Shown here: positions 20,304 to 30,538 of the stretch, piece by piece
Layout of the letters: each line of letters begins with the position of its first letter
Numbering within the stretch: position 1 is the first letter of the stretch
Origin: Acidiferrobacterales bacterium
GTDB taxonomy: Bacteria > Pseudomonadota > Gammaproteobacteria > Arenicellales > Poriferihabitantaceae
Reading direction: 5' to 3'
Assembly: GCA_019633985.1 (NCBI GenBank)
Contig: JAHQWE010000088.1
Coordinates: 12,956-76,955, forward strand
DNA: 64,000 nt
Position numbers and translations under genes: made by a program
Notes under the pieces: generated by a model
Seen by the model: only the letters and a program-made list of their open reading frames with translations
The model's database searches: none
Told to the model about the DNA's origin: nothing

Positions 20304-21233
20304 TCAGCTTGTGTTTTCAAATTGTTTAGGCGCAATACCTGCCCGCGATACATGTTCGAAAGACCGTATCCCATACTCCTCTCGAAGCGCAAGCCAGGTA
20401 TTGATGATCAATGTCATCAGTACAATTGCGCCACCAATAATCGAATACCATCCGGGATTTTCGCTCAACACCAGCCAAACCCAGATAGGCCCCAGAATCG
20501 TTTCCAGCAACATCATCAGGCCGACTTCAGGAGCGGGCAGATACTTGGGGCCCACAAACATCAGTGCATTCGCCAATGGCAGCATGAGTACCCCCATGAT
20601 GATGAGATAAGTTAAATCCAGATTGGAAGTCTCCGCAGGGGCTACTAATGGCGCCATCACCAACGCAGTGAAAACACCACCCAAGCCCAGTGAAGGCAAG
20701 ATATCTTTGGTAGAGGACAGTCGGATTAACGAAAATTGCGTTGCCAGTGTTGCCGCTGCGAGCAAACCGGCAAGAATACCCAACCAATCACCCGATCCGG
20801 GTTCACTGCCTTGGGTGATGACAACAATACCCACCACCACTGCAAGTATCGCCACGATGGTTCGGCGAGGCATTTTCTCCCGAAGAAATAGAAGGGAAAC
20901 CAACGCAGCCCAAATCGGTGTGGTGCTCAGCATAAATAGCGTATTGGCTACCGTAGTGTGGGTGATGGAATAAATAAACAGAATGTTTCCAACGCAATAG
21001 CAGGCCACAATTCCGGCATCCGGTAATGTGAAGCGTGCAAATACAGCGAGGGTCCTTGAACGATATCGAAGGACAACAAACATCAGCACCGTTAATCCGA
21101 ATAAGAGACCTCGCCAAAATGTGATGGTCATGGAATCCGCTGAAATAAAGCGTGTTAGAAGCCCATCCGGGCTGATCGCAATCACCCCAAGCATGGTGAT
21201 CAGATATCCCTTGGCTTTATCACCTACAAACAT
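20304..21233 (-). CDS. EamA/DMT family transporter
   Basis: About 10 hydrophobic segments in two EamA-like halves. Start taken at ATG 21233, overlapping the ycaQ-like stop by 14 nt; the exact start is uncertain. Confidence 0.75.
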   Translation of the reverse strand: MFVGDKAKGYLITMLGVIAISPDGLLTRFISADSMTITFWRGLLFGLTVLMFVVLRYRSRTLAVFARFTLPDAGIVACYCVGNILFIYSITHTTVANTLFMLSTTPIWAALVSLLFLREKMPRRTIVAILAVVVGIVVITQGSEPGSGDWLGILAGLLAAATLATQFSLIRLSSTKDILPSLGLGGVFTALVMAPLVAPAETSNLDLTYLIIMGVLMLPLANALMFVGPKYLPAPEVGLMMLLETILGPIWVWLVLSENPGWYSIIGGAIVLMTLIINTWLALREEYGIRSFEHVSRAGIAPKQFENTS

Positions 21234-22449
21234 TCGCTGGTACTGACTTTTTAATATTTTCTTTGAACAACTGCCGAATGGCTTTGTCGTGCCCTTGCGA
21301 CACAGAAACACGGTCAACAGTAATGTCATCACATTCATTAAAGTGGGCGAATCTCCACAATTCGGGAGCGAGCGCGGTTAAAAACTCCGCTGACTTTTTC
21401 AAACTACCTTCTATAGCGAGATGTTTCACTTCCAGAATACCGTCCTTGCGATGCGCCTTTGCGTCCAACCGAGCGACCAGATTTCCCTGCCAGATAATCG
21501 GCAAACTAAAATAGCCAAATAGTCGTTTCTCAGCCGGCAGATAACATTCAATCTGATAATTAAATTGAAATAGTGATCGGATTCTCTTTCGAAGAATAAT
21601 AAAGTTATCAAACGGCGAGATAATCCGCACCCTGGCGCGGGAGAGCGGCTGGTTTAAATGATCGAGCGCATTATCCATTGCGAGCCATTGCTCTCCGCAG
21701 GATTGAATTTCACACAATTCTCCTGACTCAAGCATCTCCGCAGCTGCAGTTGCAATATCAGCTTTAAAGCCCTTTCTTAAGTGCGAAAACTCTACAACCT
21801 TGCCGAGGCCGTTGGCTCGAAGATATCTTTTAATCACATGTCGCGCATAGTCGTTCACGCTCGGTACACTTTTATCCACTTCGGCGGGCAGCACTCTCTC
21901 AGCGAGATCATAAACCTTCTGAAAACCTTGCCTCGAAGACGTCATAATCACGCCTTCCATAAACAGCTGCTCCAACGCATATTTCGCTGGTTTCCATTCC
22001 CACACCGCTCGTTTGCCACCACCCGGGTCTTCAAAATCGCGTGCACTGAGCGGCCCTTCCTCGGTGATACGTTTTAAAACCTGATTCATCAGACTGGCAT
22101 TTTTCTTATGCCAATGCCCTTTACCCTGTCGTTCGAGCTGCATTCGCGGCAGCGCAAATCGGTAATCATCCATGGGCAGATACGCCGCCGCATGAGACCA
22201 GTATTCAAAAATTTTTCGATCGGCAAGCAATTGGTCCAAATGTGTGGTTCGATACCTGGGATTGCGCGTCCACAGTGTATGGTGGTGCGCCCGTGCGACT
22301 ACCGAGATCGTGTCGATTTGTATGTATCCCAGATGACAACACGCATCCATGGTTGCATCGATCGCCCGCCCCTTCTTATTCACCTGCAGAATTCGCTGAG
22401 CATTCAACACCAGTTTTCTGGCTTCGGCGGGGGAAAGAGAGACAGGCAT
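21220..22449 (-). CDS. ycaQ: YcaQ-family winged-helix DNA glycosylase (interstrand crosslink repair)
   Basis: Collinear with the E. coli YcaQ sequence as I recall it: LGYIQIDTISVVARAHH, WEWKPAKYALEQLFMEG, FQKVYDL and ISPFDNFI...YQIECYLPAEKRLFGYFSLPI. Confidence 0.85.
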   Translation of the reverse strand: MPVSLSPAEARKLVLNAQRILQVNKKGRAIDATMDACCHLGYIQIDTISVVARAHHHTLWTRNPRYRTTHLDQLLADRKIFEYWSHAAAYLPMDDYRFALPRMQLERQGKGHWHKKNASLMNQVLKRITEEGPLSARDFEDPGGGKRAVWEWKPAKYALEQLFMEGVIMTSSRQGFQKVYDLAERVLPAEVDKSVPSVNDYARHVIKRYLRANGLGKVVEFSHLRKGFKADIATAAAEMLESGELCEIQSCGEQWLAMDNALDHLNQPLSRARVRIISPFDNFIILRKRIRSLFQFNYQIECYLPAEKRLFGYFSLPIIWQGNLVARLDAKAHRKDGILEVKHLAIEGSLKKSAEFLTALAPELWRFAHFNECDDITVDRVSVSQGHDKAIRQLFKENIKKSVPANVCR

Positions 22450-22539
22450 TATTTTCTGGAGAAATCAGGGGACGATAGACTACCACCGTCTTACCTATTC
22501 TTGTCGTCAATTCATTGTTCAAAGCGATACAATCGAGAT

Positions 22540-23532
22540 ATGACTATCTCCCTGGCACCGATGGAAGGCGTAATCGACGCAAGTATGCGCCGAATGCTCA
22601 GCGCTATTGGCGGTTACAACCGATGTGTGACTGAGTTTATCAGGGTAACGAATTCGGTCGTACCGACCAAGGTATTCCATCGCCTTTGCCCTGAGCTTAT
22701 GGAGGGCGGGCGAACCAAGTCTGGAACCCCTGTCTACATCCAGCTACTGGGAAGCGATCATGGGCGAATGGCAAAAAGTGCGGCGATCGGTGTGCGTGCA
22801 GGGGCGCTTGGTGTTGACCTTAACTTCGGATGCCCGGCGAAAATTGTGAATCGACACAATGGCGGTTCGGCGCTCTTGAAGGAGCCATCGAAAGTGGGGG
22901 AAATAGTCGATGCGGTGAGGCAGGAAATTGATCCAGCAATCCCGGTGTGCGCCAAAATTCGATTGGGATTTGATCATGCCAATTACCTTTCCGAGATTGT
23001 CGAACGCATCGCAGATGCCGGTGCTAATGAACTTTGTATTCACGCTCGAACTCGGACCGATGGTTATAAACCTCCAGCTTACTGGCATTTTATAGGTGAG
23101 TTAGCGCATCCAAAAAAAACCGAATTGATTGTGAATGGCGAAATCTGGACGGTGTCCGATGCCCGCAACGCACTGAGTCAAAGCCGGTGTCGCTCCTTGA
23201 TGCTGGGTAGAGGCGGGTTAGCGCAACCTGATCTTGCACACCAAATTCAACAAGCGCTCTCTTCTAAAAACCATACTTACTCGCCCATGAGCTGGCAACA
23301 AGTGTTGATACTGGTAGAGCAATTTTATCGAGAGAGCGATAGCCATAACCCGAAATATGCGGGCAACAGAACCAAGCAATGGCTCGGTTATCTTCGGAAA
23401 CAGTATGCGGGCGCCAATCAGCTCTTTGTGGATATTAAACGATTGCGAGGCATTGAAGAGATTTCCACTGTGATCTACCAGCACCAGTGCAGACTTGACC
23501 TCCAATCAGGCTGCGAACGCGATGCAGCCTGA
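22540..23532 (+). CDS. dusC: tRNA-dihydrouridine(16) synthase
   Basis: ATG at 22540 (MTISLAPMEGVIDASMRRML...CVTEFIRV...VFHRLCPEL...VDLNFGCP) aligns with E. coli DusC from residue 1. Confidence 0.9.
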   Translation: MTISLAPMEGVIDASMRRMLSAIGGYNRCVTEFIRVTNSVVPTKVFHRLCPELMEGGRTKSGTPVYIQLLGSDHGRMAKSAAIGVRAGALGVDLNFGCPAKIVNRHNGGSALLKEPSKVGEIVDAVRQEIDPAIPVCAKIRLGFDHANYLSEIVERIADAGANELCIHARTRTDGYKPPAYWHFIGELAHPKKTELIVNGEIWTVSDARNALSQSRCRSLMLGRGGLAQPDLAHQIQQALSSKNHTYSPMSWQQVLILVEQFYRESDSHNPKYAGNRTKQWLGYLRKQYAGANQLFVDIKRLRGIEEISTVIYQHQCRLDLQSGCERDAA

Positions 23533-23558
23533 TTTTTACTGGACCTTGATCCAAGAGA

Positions 23559-24491
23559 TCAGGCGTTTAATAAAATCAGCAGGACAGAAAGGCTCACAAC
23601 AGATAAAGCGGTCGAAATGACAATGACAGCGCTAGATCGCACCACAAAGACATTGTGTTTTTGCGCCAGTGCAAAAACCGGCACCCCGCAGGGAAGCGCC
23701 GCCTGAATCACTACGATACTGGCAAGCATTGGATTTAACTCAAAGATGTGAAATGCCAGAAACCAGGTAATCAACGGATGAGCCAGTAGTTTCAGAAAAA
23801 CCAACCAGCCAATCTCGAGCTTCACACCCTTGATAGAACACTCCGCGATAAACAAGCCGGCAGCGAATAAGGCGCAAGGAATATAGGCATCTCCAAAGAA
23901 TGCGAGAGTGGTTTTTACGGGCGCCGGAAACGCGAGATTCAGCGCTGACATCAACAGTCCAATGCAGGTGGCAAGCAGTACTGGACTGGCAAACACCTTC
24001 ACCAGGGTCAGCCCCAGGTTATTTTTCGATTCCTTGGCTGAATCCAGCTCGGCAATGATAATCGCGATGGGCAAAAACACCGCGCCAGTGATGACTGCAC
24101 CCGCAATTGCCGGCAGTAAACCCGGGTCACCATACACAAGCAAAATGAGTGGCAACCCAATGTACCCAGTACTCGAATACATTGCGGTCAACGCATGCAA
24201 ACCGTTTTCGGTCCATGTATCGCTAAAGTATTTACGGGCAACGAGAAAAGCCATGCCGTAAGTAATCAACATGCCCCCACCTAAACTGCCAAAGAACGGC
24301 CAGTCAAAAAACTCAGAGACTGTCACTTCAGATAGCTTTAGTAATGCCAAAGCGGGGAGTGCAACAGTGAACACAAATTGACTGAATATCGCACTGCTCC
24401 CCTTTTTAAAGATGCCGAATCGCGCCGACAGATATCCGGTGATCAGAATGCCAAACAAAGGCAGGATGATGGAAATAATAGGTCCGGACAA
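23559..24491 (-). CDS. Auxin efflux carrier (AEC) family transporter
   Basis: 310 aa, 10 hydrophobic segments, N-terminus MSGPIISIILPLFGILITGYLSARFGIF typical of the AEC family. Confidence 0.75.
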   Translation of the reverse strand: MSGPIISIILPLFGILITGYLSARFGIFKKGSSAIFSQFVFTVALPALALLKLSEVTVSEFFDWPFFGSLGGGMLITYGMAFLVARKYFSDTWTENGLHALTAMYSSTGYIGLPLILLVYGDPGLLPAIAGAVITGAVFLPIAIIIAELDSAKESKNNLGLTLVKVFASPVLLATCIGLLMSALNLAFPAPVKTTLAFFGDAYIPCALFAAGLFIAECSIKGVKLEIGWLVFLKLLAHPLITWFLAFHIFELNPMLASIVVIQAALPCGVPVFALAQKHNVFVVRSSAVIVISTALSVVSLSVLLILLNA

Positions 24492-24643
24492 GGTAAACAG
24501 CCTACTTATTCGTGTTCAACAGAGGAATGACATCCTAACAGCTGGTAGTCTACCTTAGTGCCCTAATCCAGCATGACGCCCGTGGAGGGGTTTACCTGAG
24601 GTCGTGAAACAGGTTCATACTTCAATACGAGTCACCAATCATA

Positions 24644-25570
24644 ATGACCAAAACAACTCTAGGCCTCATCTTCACCGTAATTTTCGTTGTTCTCGAATCC
24701 ACCCAGTTTGTTTTCTTTGGCAACTTGTTTCAAAAGGTAGATTCGTTCCTGTTTGGGTTTCTAGTGTTCGGCTTTACCGTTTTCGTATTTGTTGGCTGGG
24801 CCTTTCTCTTTCGCCCGGGTGAAATCCGTCAGGCTTTACGAACACCCTTTGCCTTGCTTGCGGTCAACCTCGGAGCAGTGGTCACGTTCACAGCTTATCT
24901 GCTATCCGTACAACTATTGGAGCCCGCCATTACCTATACGATATCAGCTGGAACCATGCCTATCACCGCCTACCTGCTCTATCGAATGGGTTTGAGAGAA
25001 GGTGAAGATATGCGAAACCGGCTGGAGAGTAGCGGTACACTGTTTATACTATGCAGTATTATTTTTCTGGCCGTGATCACCATATTGGGATGGTCAGGTT
25101 TTGTCCGCGGTAGTCAATCTACCGCGATCGTCGGTATTTTGCTGGCGATGATAGACGGCGTGTTTTTTACTTTAATTCTGGTTTACTCACAAAGGCTGAA
25201 CGCTGCGGGTGTCGGGCCCGCCACAGTGCTTGGTCTGCGACTGCCGCTATATGTTTTGGTCACCGGTTCCATCGCTCTTGGGAGCAGCGGAACCCCGTCT
25301 GATTTGGACAATCACACGATAGTTGCTTATGCAGGCATCGGATTTCTATTGACGATTCCTCCCCTTTATTTCTTGCAAAAAGCCGTTTCCATGCTCCCAG
25401 CGATCACAATCAGTGCGCTTACAGCGTTGGGGCCATTTGTTATTTTCTCGTTACAGTTGATCGAAGGAAGAATCGATTACAGCCCTGCCACGCTGGCAGG
25501 GCTGACCATTTACATCATTGGCGCAGTGCTTTGTGCGTTTGGCGCAGTAAGGGCAACGGTGGAAGGCTGA
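24644..25570 (+). CDS. DMT-superfamily-like integral membrane protein
   Basis: 308 aa with ~10 hydrophobic segments. No specific motif recognised. Confidence 0.6.
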   Translation: MTKTTLGLIFTVIFVVLESTQFVFFGNLFQKVDSFLFGFLVFGFTVFVFVGWAFLFRPGEIRQALRTPFALLAVNLGAVVTFTAYLLSVQLLEPAITYTISAGTMPITAYLLYRMGLREGEDMRNRLESSGTLFILCSIIFLAVITILGWSGFVRGSQSTAIVGILLAMIDGVFFTLILVYSQRLNAAGVGPATVLGLRLPLYVLVTGSIALGSSGTPSDLDNHTIVAYAGIGFLLTIPPLYFLQKAVSMLPAITISALTALGPFVIFSLQLIEGRIDYSPATLAGLTIYIIGAVLCAFGAVRATVEG

Positions 25571-25641
25571 CTCCTTCTGCATTCTGTTTTTAATAGCGCC
25601 AGACCCTTGGACGTAGGATATGCAGTAGCACTATAAGAACC

Positions 25642-26565
25642 CTATCGCTCTTTCTTACCCTTTTTCCAATTGTTTTTTCGTTCCGCTTTGCGCCGCGCTT
25701 TTTCTTCGCGCAATCGCTCCACTTCCAACACTTCTTCCCGCATCATTTCGGGCGTTTCAAGAGTCATCGGGCCAAGGGTTCCATCGCGGAAGTCACCCAA
25801 CAATATGCGGGCAACCCGCTCCTGATCGATCAAGCCACCGGACTTGAGACAACCTCTTAGCTTGCCAATGCAGGAAAGCAATGCCCCGGCGTCGGCCCCC
25901 TCCTCACTAAAACCATATCGCTGTCGCAATAATCCTGGATAGTGCTGCAGCGCAAACTCTGCAAAAGACCAAGCGACGTCTTCAAACGAAATCGCAGTCT
26001 GCCTGATTGCACCACTGGCCGCGAGTCGGAATCCACTCTGCGGATTTTCTACATTGGGCCATAACACCCCAGGGGTATCGAGCAAAACTACATTGTGATC
26101 CAATTTGATTTTCTGCTGCATCTTCGTCACAGCGGGCTCGTTTCCGGTTTTCGCTACCGCGCGGTTAGCGAGAACGTTAATTACCGTAGATTTACCCACA
26201 TTGGGAATGCCAACGATCATGACTGTGATCGCATTCTCCCTTGTGGGAAACAAGGTACGGCATTTTTGCGTAAGGCTTCGGATCTGCTGACGATCCTGGG
26301 AGGCCACTGCTATCATCTCCCTTGTGTCATTACCCTGGTACCATTCCAACCACTGCAGTGTTCGTGCGGGATCAGCCAGGTCTTTTTTCGTCATGACTCG
26401 AATACAGGGTTTATCTCCTCTGATTTCCGCCAATAGTGGGTTTGCACTGCTGTAGGGCAGTCGCGCATCCAGTAGTTCGATAAACATATCGACCTGGGAA
26501 AGCATCTCGCGAATCTCGCGTTGCGCTTTGTGCATATGCCCGGGATACCACTGAATCTGCCCCAC
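25642..26565 (-). CDS. ylqF: Ribosome biogenesis GTPase YlqF/RbgA
   Basis: IQWYPGHMHKA start and circularly permuted GTPase order (TKKDL before GIPNVGKST and DTPG). Confidence 0.9.
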   Translation of the reverse strand: MGQIQWYPGHMHKAQREIREMLSQVDMFIELLDARLPYSSANPLLAEIRGDKPCIRVMTKKDLADPARTLQWLEWYQGNDTREMIAVASQDRQQIRSLTQKCRTLFPTRENAITVMIVGIPNVGKSTVINVLANRAVAKTGNEPAVTKMQQKIKLDHNVVLLDTPGVLWPNVENPQSGFRLAASGAIRQTAISFEDVAWSFAEFALQHYPGLLRQRYGFSEEGADAGALLSCIGKLRGCLKSGGLIDQERVARILLGDFRDGTLGPMTLETPEMMREEVLEVERLREEKARRKAERKNNWKKGKKER

Positions 26566-26566
26566 C

Positions 26567-27697
26567 TTACGAATCCTTTTTTGCTCTCGATTTTTTCATC
26601 GCCGCAGCCCAAGGCGAACCGGGGTCGATGACCTCCTGCTCTTCCAATTTGGGTGTTTCTTGTTTCCGCGGTTTATTCACTTTTGGTTTGGCGGATTTTC
26701 CTTTAGGCGGTTTTGTCGCAGTCGCGTTTTTCTGTTCTCGTTTCTTTTCTGATGCTTCTACTTGAGGTTTTCTACCTTTATCAGTGGTTTTCTTTTTGTC
26801 AGGCGCGTGTCGCGGTTTTTTGGTTGATTGACTCGCTTCCGCAGACTTGCGGGCTTTCAGCAGCTTTACCTGCTCTGGCGACAGGCTGACCCGTTTCTCT
26901 TTATAAAGCGCTCCGAGGGCTCTTTTAAATGCCGCCTTGCTGACCCCAAATTGATCCATAATCATGTCTGGGCTGCTCTTATCGGTGATGGCCATCACCC
27001 CATCGTTTGCCACCAGAAAATCTATAATCTCCTCATGCAGATCGTTTCGCGTCAGAGCTCTATTCGCGTCCAGCGCCAAATCAATTCGTTGATCGTCGGT
27101 ACGAACACGCTTGATATATCCATTCAGCTTTTGACCAATCGCAAGGGTTTGTCGGATTTCAGCATGAAATATCAACCCGAGATGCGTGCCGTTCACAACC
27201 GCTTTCACGCCTAGATCAGATCGCGACACCACCTGCAATGCCACCTGTTGGCCAATATGAAATCCGGTTCCTGTTTCCTTTAAAAATAGGCTCAGCCTGG
27301 AGGATGCGGCGATTCTTCCTGTGCGTTTATCGACATAGGCGGTGACCACACATGAATCACCTTCCTTCAGCGGCGTCGCCATTTGGTTAAACGGCACGAG
27401 GAGATCTTTCGGCAACCCCCAATCCATAAACGCCCCGATATGATTTACTGCCTGAACTTTCAGGAACGCACACTCTCCAACCTGAATCAGCGGCTTTATA
27501 GTGGTGGCAATGAGGCGATCTTCAGAGTCGCGATAGATAAAGGCATCGATCATTTGCCCAACCTCAATACCTTCTGGTACATAGCGTCTGGGCATCAAAA
27601 TTTCGACGCCGTCTCCGCCATCCAAATAGATACCGAAATCGACTTTTTTAAGAACTTCCAGCGAGTTAAACCGACCTATTTCCACTATTTTCATCAA
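26567..27697 (-). CDS. S1-like RNA-binding domain protein (CvfB/YitL family) with a lysine-rich C-terminal tail
   Basis: Repeated S1-like modules (GRFNSLEVLKKVDFGIYLDGG..., ECAFLKVQAVNHIGAFMDWG...), a wHTH-like segment, and a basic low-complexity tail. Confidence 0.7.
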   Translation of the reverse strand: MMKIVEIGRFNSLEVLKKVDFGIYLDGGDGVEILMPRRYVPEGIEVGQMIDAFIYRDSEDRLIATTIKPLIQVGECAFLKVQAVNHIGAFMDWGLPKDLLVPFNQMATPLKEGDSCVVTAYVDKRTGRIAASSRLSLFLKETGTGFHIGQQVALQVVSRSDLGVKAVVNGTHLGLIFHAEIRQTLAIGQKLNGYIKRVRTDDQRIDLALDANRALTRNDLHEEIIDFLVANDGVMAITDKSSPDMIMDQFGVSKAAFKRALGALYKEKRVSLSPEQVKLLKARKSAEASQSTKKPRHAPDKKKTTDKGRKPQVEASEKKREQKNATATKPPKGKSAKPKVNKPRKQETPKLEEQEVIDPGSPWAAAMKKSRAKKDS

Positions 27698-27760
27698 CGA
27701 TAGACTGGCGCCAGAGTGTACTCCAGGTTGCCTTGCCGACCATCCTCTTGACCCGCAATC

Positions 27761-28561
27761 ATGTGTATTTTATTCATCGCCATCCGTCAGCACCCTAAAT
27801 ATCCTCTGATTATTACCGCAAACAGAGACGAGTTTCATGGCAGACCGAGTCAATCCTTTCGTGAATGGCCGGACAGCAGTGGATTGTGGGCGGGGCGGGA
27901 TCTGGAAGCAGGGGGAACCTGGTTAGGCGTCAATCGCTCTGGACAATTTGCTGCTGTGACCAATTTCAGGACAGCCGAAGACAGCAATCCAAACGCTTTG
28001 AGCCGGGGAGAACTGGTGGTAAACGCCTTGTCCCCTTGCGAACAGAGTGAGAGCGAACAAGGTAACAATACGAAATTTGATTGTTTTCTGGACACTAACT
28101 TTAAGAAATACAATCCGTTCAATTTGATCTATGGCAATCAACAGAGTCTCCAGGCATGGGACTATTCGTTAGGTACGAGACGACGCCTTGACCCTGGTTT
28201 CCACAGCGTCAGCAATGGGCCGATAGACGACCATTGGCCCAAAATGTCCCAGGGAGTCAAACAGGTGGCAGACCTGATTTCACGTCGGGGCGATCTTGAC
28301 CCCGATATGCTGACGGCTATGATGCAAGATCAAACCAGAGCTCCCATTGATCAGCTGCCGAAAACCGGAATTAGTGTAGAGAAAGAGCAGATGCTCTCGT
28401 CTATATTTATCGAAGGGGCGGAATATGGCACCCGAACTACCACTATTTTATTGTTCAACCATGAGAACATCGAAGTGAAAGAGACAAACTACACTCCTGA
28501 AGGTATGGTCTCGTCTGTGGAACATCAAAAACTGGCTATGATCCTACCTGATGCCGTTTAG
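27761..28561 (+). CDS. NRDE-family protein (DUF833/TANGO2-like)
   Basis: MCILFIA...ITANRDEFHGRP contains the N-terminal Cys and the NRDE signature. Confidence 0.8.
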   Translation: MCILFIAIRQHPKYPLIITANRDEFHGRPSQSFREWPDSSGLWAGRDLEAGGTWLGVNRSGQFAAVTNFRTAEDSNPNALSRGELVVNALSPCEQSESEQGNNTKFDCFLDTNFKKYNPFNLIYGNQQSLQAWDYSLGTRRRLDPGFHSVSNGPIDDHWPKMSQGVKQVADLISRRGDLDPDMLTAMMQDQTRAPIDQLPKTGISVEKEQMLSSIFIEGAEYGTRTTTILLFNHENIEVKETNYTPEGMVSSVEHQKLAMILPDAV

Positions 28562-29048
28562 CAAGATGAATACGCAGCGTTACTCCCGGACCATGTGTCT
28601 ATGGCTCATTCTCACAATGAGCTTACTTCTGGTATCGTGTCAGTTCCCGGCTAATGTCAGTACTGGAAAAGAAATGAATCAAACAGCGCAGAATATTCAA
28701 TCACTTTCACCCTGCCCGGGCACGCCGAATTGCGTGTGTAGTGCCTATCCGGATTCCAAGGAATTTATCTCGCCTATTTCTTACGAAGGAGACAGTGTGG
28801 CTGCCCTCAATCGAATACAAGAGGTGATAAAGGGGATGACGAGGACCAGGGTCGTAACCGCTACCAATCGATACATACATGCCGAATTTACCAGCTTGAT
28901 ATTCCGTTTCGTCGACGATGTCGAAATTCTGATAGAACCCGAAGAAAACGTGATGCACATCCGATCCGCGTCTCGGGTCGGCAGATCTGACCTGGGTGCG
29001 AATAGAAAGCGAGTCGAACAGATTCGTGCACTCTTTGAGAAAGGATAG
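28551..29048 (+). CDS. DUF1499-family lipoprotein
   Basis: Lipobox LLLVSC, then PNCVCS and RSASRVGRSDLGANRKR, which I recall as typical of DUF1499. An alternative ATG at 28566 would remove the overlap with the previous gene. Confidence 0.7.
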   Translation: MPFSKMNTQRYSRTMCLWLILTMSLLLVSCQFPANVSTGKEMNQTAQNIQSLSPCPGTPNCVCSAYPDSKEFISPISYEGDSVAALNRIQEVIKGMTRTRVVTATNRYIHAEFTSLIFRFVDDVEILIEPEENVMHIRSASRVGRSDLGANRKRVEQIRALFEKG

Positions 29049-29053
29049 ACCCG

Positions 29054-29434
29054 ATGGATTGGCCAAAAGATCAACAAAGCGTCCTCGACGAGCCACTTGC
29101 TTCCTGCTCTGAAGATCCGGTAACAGGCTTCACTCGAAATGGCTGCTGTGAGACCGGGCCGCAAGACGTCGGCTCACATACCGTTTGCGTGGAGTTGACT
29201 GACGAATTTCTTTCCTTTTCCAAGGAACGAGGAAACGACCTGACCACACCGATACCTGCCTATAATTTTCCGGGTTTGAAAGGCGGTGATCGATGGTGTT
29301 TGTGTGCCAGCAGATGGAAGGAGGCATACGACGCCGGGGTCGCACCGAAAGTCATTATGCGCTCTACCCATCAACGGGCGTTGGAGATAATTCCTTTTGC
29401 AGCGCTATCCCAGCACGCATTGGATTTGTCATAA
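29054..29434 (+). CDS. DUF2237-family protein
   Basis: GFTRNGCCETGPQDVGSHTVC...GDRWCLCASRW matches the remembered DUF2237 pattern. Confidence 0.7.
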   Translation: MDWPKDQQSVLDEPLASCSEDPVTGFTRNGCCETGPQDVGSHTVCVELTDEFLSFSKERGNDLTTPIPAYNFPGLKGGDRWCLCASRWKEAYDAGVAPKVIMRSTHQRALEIIPFAALSQHALDLS

Positions 29435-29478
29435 GCGGATTAGCGTTCGATATCCAGTTGATCGATCACTGCCTGCAA

Positions 29479-30366
29479 TCAGTACAAAATAATCGCCGCA
29501 GTGCCGCACACAGCAATGGAAGCGCCTATCCATGCACCCAGGGCGGGACGCTCGCGGGTTCTTAACCAAAGCACAGGTAAGATCATCACGGGGGTGGTGG
29601 CAGATAGTACCGAGGCTATGCCGACATCACCATTGGCAAACGCCCAGAGCAGTAGGGAGACCCCGACCACTACCGCGACAAAAGCATTTGCTGATGCAAG
29701 CGTGACGTGACGCAATGTAATGGGCACTGCCGCTGGTTCGGATAATCCCACACCGCGCATCACTAACAAAACCAGTGCAGCCGCGCCCAGTCTCACTGTC
29801 GACGCAGCAACGGGGTCAACACCCGCCTCGAGCGCCGGTTTGACAATGAGCGAACCCACCGCCTGCCCCAGGCCAGACAAGAGCCCAAGCGCTATGCCAA
29901 TCCAAACCAGACCCTGGACCTGCTCCCACCGGTGAATCTGCGACTTTCGCTTGCCCCAGATAATGGCAATCACAACGCCGGAAAAAACAGCGGCAATTCC
30001 GAGAAACTGCCCGCAGTTTGGCGCTTCTGAGAGAAATAAAATGCCCAAAATAACGGCCATTGGCGCGTTGCAGGCATAGAGGACCTGGGCTCGTCTCGGG
30101 CCCAATCTTTTAAAAGCGGCAAATAACGCACTATCACCGATAGCCAAACCTGCCACTCCGGAGACCGCTAATATCGGATACCAATGTAGGGGAACCGACT
30201 GCAGATCACCCGACACGGCGGTAATGATTAACAGCATCAAAAATGCCGCAACCACACGTAGACGATTAAACGCCAGCCCGCCCAGCTCCCTGGAAGCGTC
30301 AGCCGCTAATAGTGAAGCGAAAACCCAAGAGAATGCGGCCCCAAGGGCGGCGTATTCATAGTACAT
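29479..30366 (-). CDS. EamA/DMT family transporter
   Basis: 295 aa, 10 hydrophobic segments, two EamA-like halves. Confidence 0.75.
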   Translation of the reverse strand: MYYEYAALGAAFSWVFASLLAADASRELGGLAFNRLRVVAAFLMLLIITAVSGDLQSVPLHWYPILAVSGVAGLAIGDSALFAAFKRLGPRRAQVLYACNAPMAVILGILFLSEAPNCGQFLGIAAVFSGVVIAIIWGKRKSQIHRWEQVQGLVWIGIALGLLSGLGQAVGSLIVKPALEAGVDPVAASTVRLGAAALVLLVMRGVGLSEPAAVPITLRHVTLASANAFVAVVVGVSLLLWAFANGDVGIASVLSATTPVMILPVLWLRTRERPALGAWIGASIAVCGTAAIILY

Positions 30367-30538
30367 GGGAAGGGTTCTCGAAATTCTAAACGTGGATCAT
30401 AAACGAACATCCCTATCCAAGGGCGATGTCATGGTTAAACAAGAAACTTGTAGCGATTGCTCATGGTCGAGCCATTGACGATCTTGTATGTCTTAAAGAT
30501 TGTAGAATGCAATGAGTTCTTATCTATAGCCTATTGCA

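Noticed and set aside
22108-22539. Long N-terminal extension of the dusC ORF (the track ORF starts at 22108).
   Set aside because: The extension is antisense to the well-supported ycaQ-like gene and has no DusC similarity. E. coli DusC aligns from the ATG at 22540.
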